Assembly: GCA_934096405.1 (NCBI GenBank) | Contig: CAKOLW010000002.1 | Coordinates: 16,754-80,753 of the forward strand | From: an uncultured Bacilli bacterium | GTDB lineage: Bacteria; Bacillota_I; Bacilli_A; RF39; UBA660 | Length of the DNA stretch: 64,000 bases | Direction of reading: 5' to 3' | In this document: one piece after another, positions 46,719-55,038 of the stretch | Numbering within the stretch: the stretch's first letter is position 1 | Layout: the number at the start of each line of letters is the position of its first letter | Notes under the pieces: generated by a model | What the model was told of the DNA's origin: nothing | What the model saw: only the letters and a program-made list of their open reading frames with translations | Database searches by the model: none | Position numbers and translations under genes: made by a program

Positions 46719-46934
46719 TTAATTAATTTTCTTTTTAGAATGAATTACTTCATTTTCATTTGGCATCACTAAGGCTGCGATGATATATAGAAGTATTCCA
46801 CATCCTCCACAAAGTGTAAAGAAAATTAAAATTAATCTAATTAAAGTAACATCTGTGTTAAAATATAATGCAAAACCAGTACATACTCCACATAATTTTT
46901 TACCATTATCAACTTTATATAATTTCTTTTTCAT
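46719..46934 (-). CDS. PspC-domain membrane protein
   Basis: KLYKVDNGKKLCGVCTGFALYFNTDVTLIRLILIFFTL fits the PspC N-terminal domain pattern. Confidence 0.75.
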   Translation of the reverse strand: MKKKLYKVDNGKKLCGVCTGFALYFNTDVTLIRLILIFFTLCGGCGILLYIIAALVMPNENEVIHSKKKIN

Positions 46935-46951
46935 TTTTAATTTACTCCTTT

Positions 46952-47271
46952 TTAGAATTTTATAGTACTAATAAAATTGCCATGTTCTTTTATTATATTT
47001 ATTAAATCATTAGTCTTTAACCAAATCGTCACATTATTTACTAATGGATGAAGTCCTATTATAGATTTACCAGTTAAAAAATATTCATCAATATAGTATT
47101 TAACTTTTCTATCGCTATCATTTAATAAACCTAGCGGCGTTACTGAACCAGGTATTAAATTTAATAGTTCTTTTTATTAACTTCTTCCATATTGTAAACA
47201 TATTCGTGTTCATTGATTTCATACCATATATTTTTACTTTTTATAAATTCATAAACTTCATCTTTAGTCAT
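46952..47271 (-). pseudogene. Remnant of a YbaK/ProX-type aminoacyl-tRNA editing gene, with a frameshift and an internal deletion
   Basis: One frame reads MTKDEVYEFIKSKNIWYEINEHEYVYNMEEVNKKNY*. A second frame then reads ELLNLIPGSVTPLGLLNDSDRKVKYYIDEYFLTGKSIIGLHPLVNNVTIWLKTNDLINIIKEHGNFISTIKF*. Confidence 0.6.
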
Positions 47272-47338
47272 GTAAAACACCAAAGTTATTATAGTTGATT
47301 AAAAAAAGCTTGTCAATAACCATGATACTTTATCTGTT

Positions 47339-47857
47339 TTATCGCTTGAGTGACAATTTATAATCTTCTTCTCTTTTTTCTAAAGGCTTACTTAACCACC
47401 AATTTTGATAATCATTTTTTATTGATTTAAAAAACTTAATTATATTTGAATCTAAAAATGCCATCCAATCTCCATAGACATTATTACAATCTATACACCA
47501 CCAAAAATTACTACGTAAATTTTTATTTGAATTTTTTAAATATATGTTATCAAGTTCCGAATACTCTTTCAATTTATATGGTTTATAAACATAATTCTTT
47601 AATTCTTTTAATATTTCTTTAGAATATTCTTTTCTGCAAAATATAATCAATTCTTTTTTATCAGAAGTAAAAATATCAGTATGAAATATTTCATAATTTA
47701 AAAAATTATACATTAATCTTCTATAAGCTTTAGGAATAGCACCAAATTCAAATTCAGCAGATCCCATATAATCTAAATTAGCTATACCATTTTCTCCAAA
47801 AAGTTCATTTCCCTCTTTTTTTAATTTTCCTCGTTGTATAAGATAAAATTCTCCCAT
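47339..47857 (-). CDS. Hypothetical protein (172 aa)
   Basis: ORF with an RBS. It is Trp/Tyr-rich (FWWCIDCNNVYGDWMAF; NWWLSKP). I recognise no family. Confidence 0.65.
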   Translation of the reverse strand: MGEFYLIQRGKLKKEGNELFGENGIANLDYMGSAEFEFGAIPKAYRRLMYNFLNYEIFHTDIFTSDKKELIIFCRKEYSKEILKELKNYVYKPYKLKEYSELDNIYLKNSNKNLRSNFWWCIDCNNVYGDWMAFLDSNIIKFFKSIKNDYQNWWLSKPLEKREEDYKLSLKR

Positions 47858-48171
47858 AAATATTTCCTTTCATTTTAATAATGTCCTAAGGAAGAAATAG
47901 AATAATTTCCCGAACTAAATAAGAAATAGTAATAACTATTAACTATCATAAGTATAACATACTTTAAAGTAAAATGTAACTTTTTAGGTTATTTTTCTAT
48001 CTAATGAGTCCTCCTCTTAACGTACAATTTAGACATTTATATATTAGAAATTATTTTATCATTTCAAAATTAAAACATATTTTTTATTCTATCATAAATC
48101 AGTAAGTTTTCTTCTCATTAATTTACTTTTCAAAGTACACATGATATAATTTTTTTAAGGATGTGATAACA

Positions 48172-49215
48172 ATGAACGATTTTTTAGATATTTATACTAG
48201 ATTGAAAATGAAAACTGATTCTAATATTATTTTAACATACTATTCTAGTTACGGTTATAGAGAAACAAAAAAATTTAAGTTAATAGATGTTGTTGGATTT
48301 AAGAATGTTTTGGTAAAAAATGAAGAAGGACTAGTAAGCATACCTTTTTTTGGATTAGATGCAATGATTGAATCTATCACATTTGAAAATTCTAATAAAC
48401 CTATTTATTTTAATCCATATGTAAATAAAGATATATTTGATGGATTTTATATAAAAGATGGATATGCAGAAAATATAAAACAAAATTTATTAGGAAAAAA
48501 AGATTTAAATTTAGAAGATAGAGAAAATTTTATTCAAAAATACATGACAAAGAGATCTACTTTTGAATATGATGAGTTGTTTTTTAGTGAAAAACAAAAA
48601 AGAGAATTTACTGATTTTTTTGAACTGTTGATAAAAGACTTGACTAACTATTGTAAAAATAATGGGCTTGATTCAAATTTAAAACTTATAGCTAAAGGCA
48701 CAACTTCAATTGTTTATAGTATTGGTGATAAGATTATTAAAATAGGAAAACCAAGAAGAAGATCATCTATACCATATTGTGAATATTTGTTACAACCTAT
48801 TATAAATCGTGATTTTGAATTTGATGGTTATCCAATACATATTGAAGTAACTCAAAAAGTTCTTGTATGTGAAAATATAAAAGATAGTTTGCCTGATAAA
48901 AAAATTCATGCAATTAGAAAAGAACTTTCGGATAATCTTCATGCGATTGGTTTAAAATCAACTGATTTACATCCAGATAACATTGGTCTTTTAACAACGG
49001 ACAATAAAATTCATTTTGACTCAACTAATTTTGATATTGGAAATGAAGTATCTACTTCTATTCAAAATAATAATAGCTTAAGAACCAAAGAAGCTGGAGA
49101 GTTTGTAATAATTGATCTTGATTGTTTAGAAATTGAAGATATTACTAAATATTCTAATTATTTAAGAAGTATAGGTTTTTCTTTTGAAAATAGTGATACT
49201 AAAAAAACAAAATAA
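48172..49215 (+). CDS. Protein-kinase-like fold protein (APH/Kdo/RIO-like) with a unique N-terminal domain
   Basis: G-loop-like AKGTTSIVYSIGDKIIKIGK, catalytic-loop-like TDLHPDNIGLL, and metal-site-like FVIIDLD. The start is ATG 48172 after AAGGA; the track uses GTG 48163. Confidence 0.6.
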   Translation: MNDFLDIYTRLKMKTDSNIILTYYSSYGYRETKKFKLIDVVGFKNVLVKNEEGLVSIPFFGLDAMIESITFENSNKPIYFNPYVNKDIFDGFYIKDGYAENIKQNLLGKKDLNLEDRENFIQKYMTKRSTFEYDELFFSEKQKREFTDFFELLIKDLTNYCKNNGLDSNLKLIAKGTTSIVYSIGDKIIKIGKPRRRSSIPYCEYLLQPIINRDFEFDGYPIHIEVTQKVLVCENIKDSLPDKKIHAIRKELSDNLHAIGLKSTDLHPDNIGLLTTDNKIHFDSTNFDIGNEVSTSIQNNNSLRTKEAGEFVIIDLDCLEIEDITKYSNYLRSIGFSFENSDTKKTK

Positions 49216-49254
49216 TTATTTAATTTATTATAAAGGTATTTTTAAGTTAAAAAG

Positions 49255-49288
49255 AAAACTACTTTCAATTAATTTGATAGTAGTTTTT
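49255..49288 (+). terminator. Terminator after the kinase-like gene
   Basis: aaaactact..agtagtttt 9-bp stem followed by a T-run. Confidence 0.55.
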
Positions 49289-49296
49289 ATATTACG

Positions 49297-49328
49297 TCGA
49301 AAAATTCGAGTAACTATCAATCTGGTGC
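49297..49328. repeat. Left copy of a 32-bp imperfect direct repeat (28/32) matching the trailer and 3' end of tRNA-Thr
   Basis: tcgaaaaattcgagtaactatcaatctggtgc here, against tcgaaaagttcgagttattatcaatttggtgc at 51845-51876. Confidence 0.6.
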
Positions 49329-49426
49329 ACTATTTATTAACTAGTTAAATCATATTGTTCATTTTTGCTTCCTATACATTTTTATAAATTTGTGGTAAAA
49401 TGATTAATATATATGAGGAGGGTTCT

Positions 49427-50209
49427 ATGGATATTAATTATAAATTACAAAAATTAAGAGTTACAAAAAAACAAATATTGGATAACAAAGATAATATAAA
49501 AGAACAACAAATGCAAGATGTTGCAACTGCAGTAGCAAAAATAGAAAGAGAATATAATATTTCACTTGATAGTAATAATGTTGATTTAAATAATATTATT
49601 GATGAAATTCATAGTCAATGTAAGATTATAGAACAATATTCAACATTCAATATAAAAGATATCAGTAATATACTGGCAAGTTTAATAAGTATTTATGAAT
49701 CAGAAAGTTTTTTAGTTGAAAATTTATCATATAAAGTTAAAGGTGCTTTGTTTAATGACACATTATTAATTATAAATAAGAAAAAATATGAACATTTATC
49801 TTCTAAATTTGTAATTCAAGAAAAAGACATTAATATTTTAGTAAAAAATGGTTTTGCAATAAAATTATTGAAAGATTTTTCAAAAAGTCAATTTCCTACT
49901 AAAATATCATTTTACAAGGCAGATTCTATGGGTAGAATAAATCAAAAAGTGAATTTTAGAAGTTTTACATACGTAAGAGATTTTATGGAATATGTGATAA
50001 ATTATAGAATTGAAAATAATCTGGATGAAATTTCTTTTGATGAATTAGAAATGTTAAGAAATGAATTTATAAATTTCAATATAGAACAAATACAAAAACA
50101 TCATATTTGTTTAGATGAAATAAAGAGAAAAGAATTTGAAGCATCTTTAGAACATGATAAACAAGTAAGAAATAGAAAATTGCAAAAAATTTTAAAAAGT
50201 AAAATATAA
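49427..50209 (+). CDS. Hypothetical protein (260 aa)
   Basis: ATG 49427 lies 6 nt after GAGGAGGG. I recognise no family. Confidence 0.65.
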   Translation: MDINYKLQKLRVTKKQILDNKDNIKEQQMQDVATAVAKIEREYNISLDSNNVDLNNIIDEIHSQCKIIEQYSTFNIKDISNILASLISIYESESFLVENLSYKVKGALFNDTLLIINKKKYEHLSSKFVIQEKDINILVKNGFAIKLLKDFSKSQFPTKISFYKADSMGRINQKVNFRSFTYVRDFMEYVINYRIENNLDEISFDELEMLRNEFINFNIEQIQKHHICLDEIKRKEFEASLEHDKQVRNRKLQKILKSKI

Positions 50210-50298
50210 TTTTTGTGGTTGTACCTTACTAGGATTATACTAAAAGAGTCTTCCAATTTATTTTTTGACACTTTTATAAATTAAAGATAGACACTAAT

Positions 50299-50700
50299 CT
50301 ATCTTTTTTTACTAGTTGAAGAATTAACATAAAATGATATTAAATCATCAGTAGGTTCCATCATTATTATTTTGTCTTTTAATTGTTGAATAAATAATGT
50401 TTCTTCTAACAATTTTTTATCTTTTATTAATGGAATATAACCTGAACTTTCCACTGCTAATATAGCTTTATAAATATTAGTATAATTAATATTGAATTGG
50501 TTTTTTCTATATTTCTCTCTAAAATTATTTATTATTGATAAACTGTCTTCATTATATTCAACAATAAAATGATTGGTTTGCAAAAATAATATGTATTTAG
50601 AAAATAAGCCTATACTTATTAAATCACTTGGATAAGATAATTTTATGTTACTATTTAAGAATTTTTCAAAATCATTTCTTGTGGTAATTCTTCTTATCAT
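50299..50700 (-). CDS. Hypothetical protein (133 aa)
   Basis: ORF only. Confidence 0.5.
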   Translation of the reverse strand: MIRRITTRNDFEKFLNSNIKLSYPSDLISIGLFSKYILFLQTNHFIVEYNEDSLSIINNFREKYRKNQFNINYTNIYKAILAVESSGYIPLIKDKKLLEETLFIQQLKDKIIMMEPTDDLISFYVNSSTSKKR

Positions 50701-50965
50701 ATTGTAAAAATGAGGTTCAGAATTTTTATCATTTTTAGTATCAGCAGTTGGATCAGAACTAAAATAACCATCTATTAATGAAAAAGACCTAGGGCTTCAA
50801 AAGTTTCCTAGGCACATCTCGATATATAATATACATTATTTATCGTGAAATTGCAATACTTTTTAAAACTGCATTGAATTTTATTTGAAGTTCCCGTTTT
50901 TTAAATAATTATATTTTATAAAATAAATTGTTGTGATATAATACTTTCAAAGTGAGTGATTTGTT

Positions 50966-51754
50966 ATGAAGGAAGAAGAAAAAAGAATTATTATTGACCT
51001 AGAGGAAAGCAACATTGATGATTACTGTTTTGTTTTATGTGACGAAATTAATGGAAATAAATATAATGTTAAGTATTATCCTGTTTTTCTATATGAAAAG
51101 GGAAAATATTATTATGGAATTTTTACTAATTTTAAAAAAGATGAAAAACTTAATTTATATGTTGTAAATTGTAGATACTTAAAAGAGCATTTATCAAACT
51201 TTACGATTCAGTATAAATTACCTGATAGTGAAAATGAATTTTTGGAAGATAGTAAAAAAAATTATTTAGTAAAAGAAAGAATTGGTATATACAAAAGATT
51301 ATATAACAAAGTTTATAAAGATTATAATACTATAATAAAACTAAATAAAGAAGTTACTAAGATAGATGATAAAGATGAATTAAAAGATATGCTTGAAAAA
51401 TATGATAAAATTAAGAATAACATTAGTCATTATAATGATTTAAAATTACGAATATTATTAAATTGGAATTTATCTGCTAAAAAATTGAATGACTTAATTG
51501 ATCAGGCTGTAAATCTAATAACATTAAAGTTAAATAAGAAGAAAGACGATTTTAAAGCAGTTCTTATTATTATTTTAATCTTTATTTTCTTTATTGGATT
51601 TATAAGAAGTTGTGCAGGTGGTGATGATACTTCATCTTCAGGAAATGATGGCTATAGTACAAAGTGTTATACAAGAAGTGATGGAAAAAGCTGTTGTACT
51701 TCTTGTAAAAAAACTAGTTATGGAGATATAGGATGTGGAACTACTTGTAATTAA
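50966..51754 (+). CDS. Single-pass membrane protein with a 45-aa Cys-rich extracytoplasmic tail
   Basis: A cytoplasmic N-domain is followed by the TM segment AVLIIILIFIFFIGFI and the tail CAGGDDTSSSGNDGYSTKCYTRSDGKSCCTSCKKTSYGDIGCGTTCN (8 Cys). Confidence 0.65.
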   Translation: MKEEEKRIIIDLEESNIDDYCFVLCDEINGNKYNVKYYPVFLYEKGKYYYGIFTNFKKDEKLNLYVVNCRYLKEHLSNFTIQYKLPDSENEFLEDSKKNYLVKERIGIYKRLYNKVYKDYNTIIKLNKEVTKIDDKDELKDMLEKYDKIKNNISHYNDLKLRILLNWNLSAKKLNDLIDQAVNLITLKLNKKKDDFKAVLIIILIFIFFIGFIRSCAGGDDTSSSGNDGYSTKCYTRSDGKSCCTSCKKTSYGDIGCGTTCN

Positions 51755-51844
51755 TAGATGTTTTTATAATTAAATTGTTCTATTTATGAAATGTATATTT
51801 TTCTTCATCTATATATTTTTGTATATCTTTATTTTTATGATGTC

Positions 51845-51876
51845 TCGAAAAGTTCGAGTTATTATCAATTTGGTGC
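51845..51876. repeat. Right copy of the 32-bp direct repeat, overlapping the last 6 nt of tRNA-Thr
   Basis: See 49297-49328. Confidence 0.6.
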
Positions 51877-51946
51877 CGAAAGCAGGATTTGAACCCGCGA
51901 CCTACTGATTACGATTCAGTTGCTCTACCAACTGCGCTATTCCGGC
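51871..51946 (-). tRNA. tRNA-Thr (anticodon CGT)
   Basis: The reverse complement is GCCGGAATAGCGCAGTTGGTAGAGCAACTGAATCGTAATCAGTAGGTCGCGGGTTCAAATCCTGCTTTCGGCACCA. The acceptor is GCCGGAA/TTTCGGC. Confidence 0.88.
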
Positions 51947-52022
51947 ACATCATAAGTATACAATAAATTCAATAATTTTGCATTAAAAAACTCCAACTTT
52001 TGTCAGAGTAAATTTACTTTAA

Positions 52023-52377
52023 TGGTGGAGCTGACGAGTATCGAGCTCGTGTCCAAAATATCTACTATACAAGCGTGTACAAGTTTAGTTGGTTTATTAT
52101 TTCAAAAAGTATAATGGATTGCCAACGTTCCTATACTTTTCTAAGTTTAGTAATAATTCTTTATTTAACCTAAACAATTAAATAATATAGTCTACTTTTA
52201 TGAGTCCTAGATCTTTTCTCGTAGACAAAGAAAAGTTAGAACCACCATACATCCTAATAACTAGGCAAAAGCAGGTGCAAAATTATAATCTTTTCCGATT
52301 ATTTTATTTTTGGATTTATAGTATCCCTACTACTTGCGCTCATACGTACAACTATCTTGTCGAAACATAACAGCCCC
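52023..52377 (-). ncRNA. ssrA: tmRNA (ssrA)
   Basis: The 5' end GGGGCTGTTATGTTTCGACAAGATAG parallels the B. subtilis tmRNA 5' end. The 3' end is GGACACGAGCTCGATACTCGTCAGCTCCACCA. The acceptor has the G3:U pair. The tag ORF at 52296-52261 reads GGA AAA GAT TAT AAT TTT GCA CCT GCT TTT GCC TAG, giving (A)GKDYNFAPAFA. Confidence 0.85.
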
Positions 52378-52387
52378 ATGTACATAA

Positions 52388-52417
52388 ATTATAACAAATT
52401 AATATTATATTTGTCAA
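52388..52417 (-). promoter_or_regulatory. Promoter of ssrA (TTGACA-N18-TATAAT)
   Basis: Consensus hexamers about 10 nt upstream of the mature 5' GGGG. Confidence 0.65.
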
Positions 52418-52457
52418 TTCTTTTGTACTAAATTTATTACAAACCAAAGTATTCTAA

Positions 52458-53312
52458 TTACTTTTTTATTAGTAATACTCCAATTATAATAATTATACCT
52501 ATAATAAGTTTTTTAATAAACTCACTTTTATCTTTATTAAATACAAACTCATATATAGTATTAATTATAGCCGTTAATGTAAGAAGAGGCGCTACTACAG
52601 AGACACTTCCTAACTGATACGCTCTTACAGAAGATATTAACATAACACACCAAGTAAAAGCTGATAACAAAAATATTTTTTTATCATATAAATCAAACTC
52701 TTTCTTAAGTTCTTTTATACTATGTTTACCGAATAAAGTTATTAATATTGATGGAAATAAAACAGTAATTATAGTATAAATTCCTAAATTGAATTCACCT
52801 GATATATTAACATTAATAAGCATTCCAAATGCAAATAATATATTAGATGCTAAACTCATAAGAAAGTATTTATTAATTTTAAATTTTCCATTTTTATCTA
52901 TTGTAAGTCCAACATTAGCAATAAGTATTAAAGAAGCACCAATTACTTTAGTTATTATGACTTTTTCTTTTAATATTACAAAACTTAGTATTACAAGAAA
53001 CACTGATGATAATTGTTTTAACATACTAAATGTACTTGGTGGTAAACCATATCTTGCTTCTATATTAAGTCTATCAGTAAATGCATAAATTATAATTACT
53101 ATTAAAAGAATTAAATATGTGTGCGGATTATGAGATATAGTTAATTTAAAAAATGGAATAAATAATAATGAAAATAGTGCTGTAAATAATTCTAATAAAA
53201 TAGTTAATGATCCTGCATTAGTCATATTTCTGTTGGCTTTTTTAAAAGATTGAGAAAATACAACAGCTGAAATCAAATATATAATAACCCAGGTACCCCA
53301 ATTATTTAACAT
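52458..53312 (-). CDS. EamA/DMT-family transporter
   Basis: 284 aa with about 10 TM segments arranged as two halves. Confidence 0.65.
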   Translation of the reverse strand: MLNNWGTWVIIYLISAVVFSQSFKKANRNMTNAGSLTILLELFTALFSLLFIPFFKLTISHNPHTYLILLIVIIIYAFTDRLNIEARYGLPPSTFSMLKQLSSVFLVILSFVILKEKVIITKVIGASLILIANVGLTIDKNGKFKINKYFLMSLASNILFAFGMLINVNISGEFNLGIYTIITVLFPSILITLFGKHSIKELKKEFDLYDKKIFLLSAFTWCVMLISSVRAYQLGSVSVVAPLLTLTAIINTIYEFVFNKDKSEFIKKLIIGIIIIIGVLLIKK

Positions 53313-54019
53313 GTTAATTCTTCTCCATCCTGAACTATTATAACATTTTTAAGTTTCATCTTTGTCAATGTATCTCTTACTTCATCAGACATATGAGAAG
53401 GTATAAAAGTACAATTACTATAAGTATTCACTAAATATTTTAAATTATCAATTCCCATATGTTTACTAGTACCTTCAATAAAACTTACATCAAGTATTAA
53501 ATATTTACATACACTAGCCATCGTTTCAATCATTTCACATAAAGCACTATCTCCAGTAAAACCAACTTTAATTTTAGAATCACTAAATATATAACCATAA
53601 GCTGGTTTCATTCTACCATGATCAACCAACACTTTATCAATAATATATTTATTAATTTGAAATTTTAAATCATCATGAAACACTATATTAGAATCATTTA
53701 TAATTTCTTCACATGAATTAGGAAATGCTAAATAAGTTAAAGATTTTACTTTATCGATACTTTCTTCATTAAGATAAACATTATTAATTTTATTATCATG
53801 CTTAGATTTATACATTAAATAAAAAGGTATATCAAAATAATGATCTCCATGAAAATGAGTAATCAATAAATATTCTATTTCTTCTGGATTAATACCAAAT
53901 CCCATCATCTTCTTCATACATCCATTAGGCATATCAATCAATATTTTATTATCTATCAAATAAGATGCACTAGCATACTTAGTCCAAATACATCCACTTC
54001 CAATTACTTTAATCTTCAT
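53306..54019 (-). CDS. MBL-fold metallo-hydrolase
   Basis: The HFHGDH motif is present, and the gene overlaps the next gene by 7 nt. Confidence 0.75.
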   Translation of the reverse strand: MKIKVIGSGCIWTKYASASYLIDNKILIDMPNGCMKKMMGFGINPEEIEYLLITHFHGDHYFDIPFYLMYKSKHDNKINNVYLNEESIDKVKSLTYLAFPNSCEEIINDSNIVFHDDLKFQINKYIIDKVLVDHGRMKPAYGYIFSDSKIKVGFTGDSALCEMIETMASVCKYLILDVSFIEGTSKHMGIDNLKYLVNTYSNCTFIPSHMSDEVRDTLTKMKLKNVIIVQDGEELTC

Positions 54020-54020
54020 T

Positions 54021-54500
54021 TTAATCTATTTCCTTTTCAAACACATACATTAAATTATTAATTTTTAACATCTCATCCATATAAGTTCTAGCTAACTTAT
54101 AACCATTATTGCTAATAGTTAATGCAATATAAAAACCTCTTCCATTTTGAAGCAATGTTTCAAGTAAATTTTTACCATAACCCTTATTTCTATACTCTTC
54201 TAATATAACACAAGAAGGAATGTAATTATAATAAGATTCATTCACAATCATATTAGGATTAATATCAGTATCATTAATTAATACCCCACTCTTAATTGCG
54301 TCATATAATTGCTTTCTTATTGGAACTGCTAAAATATATCCAACAGGTTTTTCTTCATCCATAAGTATATAAGCATAATGAAATCTATTATATCTTTCTT
54401 TATACCATCTTTCATCATTAACTTTATCATAAAAAGTTTTATCTATATTTATTATTATATCAATTACATCATTTGTCAAAAAAGACTTTATTATTTTCAT
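54021..54500 (-). CDS. GNAT-family N-acetyltransferase
   Basis: YRNKGYGKNLLETL fits the acetyl-CoA-binding R/Q-x-x-G-x-G motif. Length is 159 aa. Confidence 0.65.
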   Translation of the reverse strand: MKIIKSFLTNDVIDIIINIDKTFYDKVNDERWYKERYNRFHYAYILMDEEKPVGYILAVPIRKQLYDAIKSGVLINDTDINPNMIVNESYYNYIPSCVILEEYRNKGYGKNLLETLLQNGRGFYIALTISNNGYKLARTYMDEMLKINNLMYVFEKEID

Positions 54501-54961
54501 AAAACACTCCTTAACATTTCAACTATATTTTTGGTAATATATTCTTTATTATCTAGTCTTAAAGCATTTATTGTATTTATACATTTAGTTAAATATTCAT
54601 CACTAGACTTTATATAAACACTTAAGTAAACTTTACTTATACTTTTACTAATATTATTAGGATCTATTTCATTAATAGTACCAGTTACTCCTACTCCATA
54701 GTCACTATTGGTAAAATCAGATATTTTTTTACTCATTTCTTTAGCTGTTTCAATACTATAAACTGAATATTCATTAATTACATCTTCATTTACACCCATT
54801 CTAATTTTATATTCATTAGAATAAGTAACAGCCCCAAACTTAAATACTTTGCTTGAACCACTAATATTAGTTATTGAACTTGCTACAAAGCCACCAGTAC
54901 AACTTTCCATAGTACTTATAGTTTTATTATTTAATATTAATTTATCTACTATCTCTTCCAT
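54497..54961 (-). CDS. CinA C-terminal domain protein (nicotinamide-nucleotide amidohydrolase PncC-like)
   Basis: STMESCTGGFVASSITNISGSSKVFKFGAVTYSNEYK. Confidence 0.82.
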   Translation of the reverse strand: MEEIVDKLILNNKTISTMESCTGGFVASSITNISGSSKVFKFGAVTYSNEYKIRMGVNEDVINEYSVYSIETAKEMSKKISDFTNSDYGVGVTGTINEIDPNNISKSISKVYLSVYIKSSDEYLTKCINTINALRLDNKEYITKNIVEMLRSVL

Positions 54962-55038
54962 ATTCTCACCTACTATAATAAGTATACTACATTTTGAAAA
55001 AAGAAAAAAGACACTTATTCAGCATCTTTTAACTTTAA

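Noticed and set aside
45801-51876. A prophage, ICE or IS element.
   Set aside because: No integrase, recombinase, transposase, capsid, terminase or relaxase-like proteins are present, and there are no terminal inverted repeats. Only the 32-bp direct repeat at the tRNA end supports past mobility.
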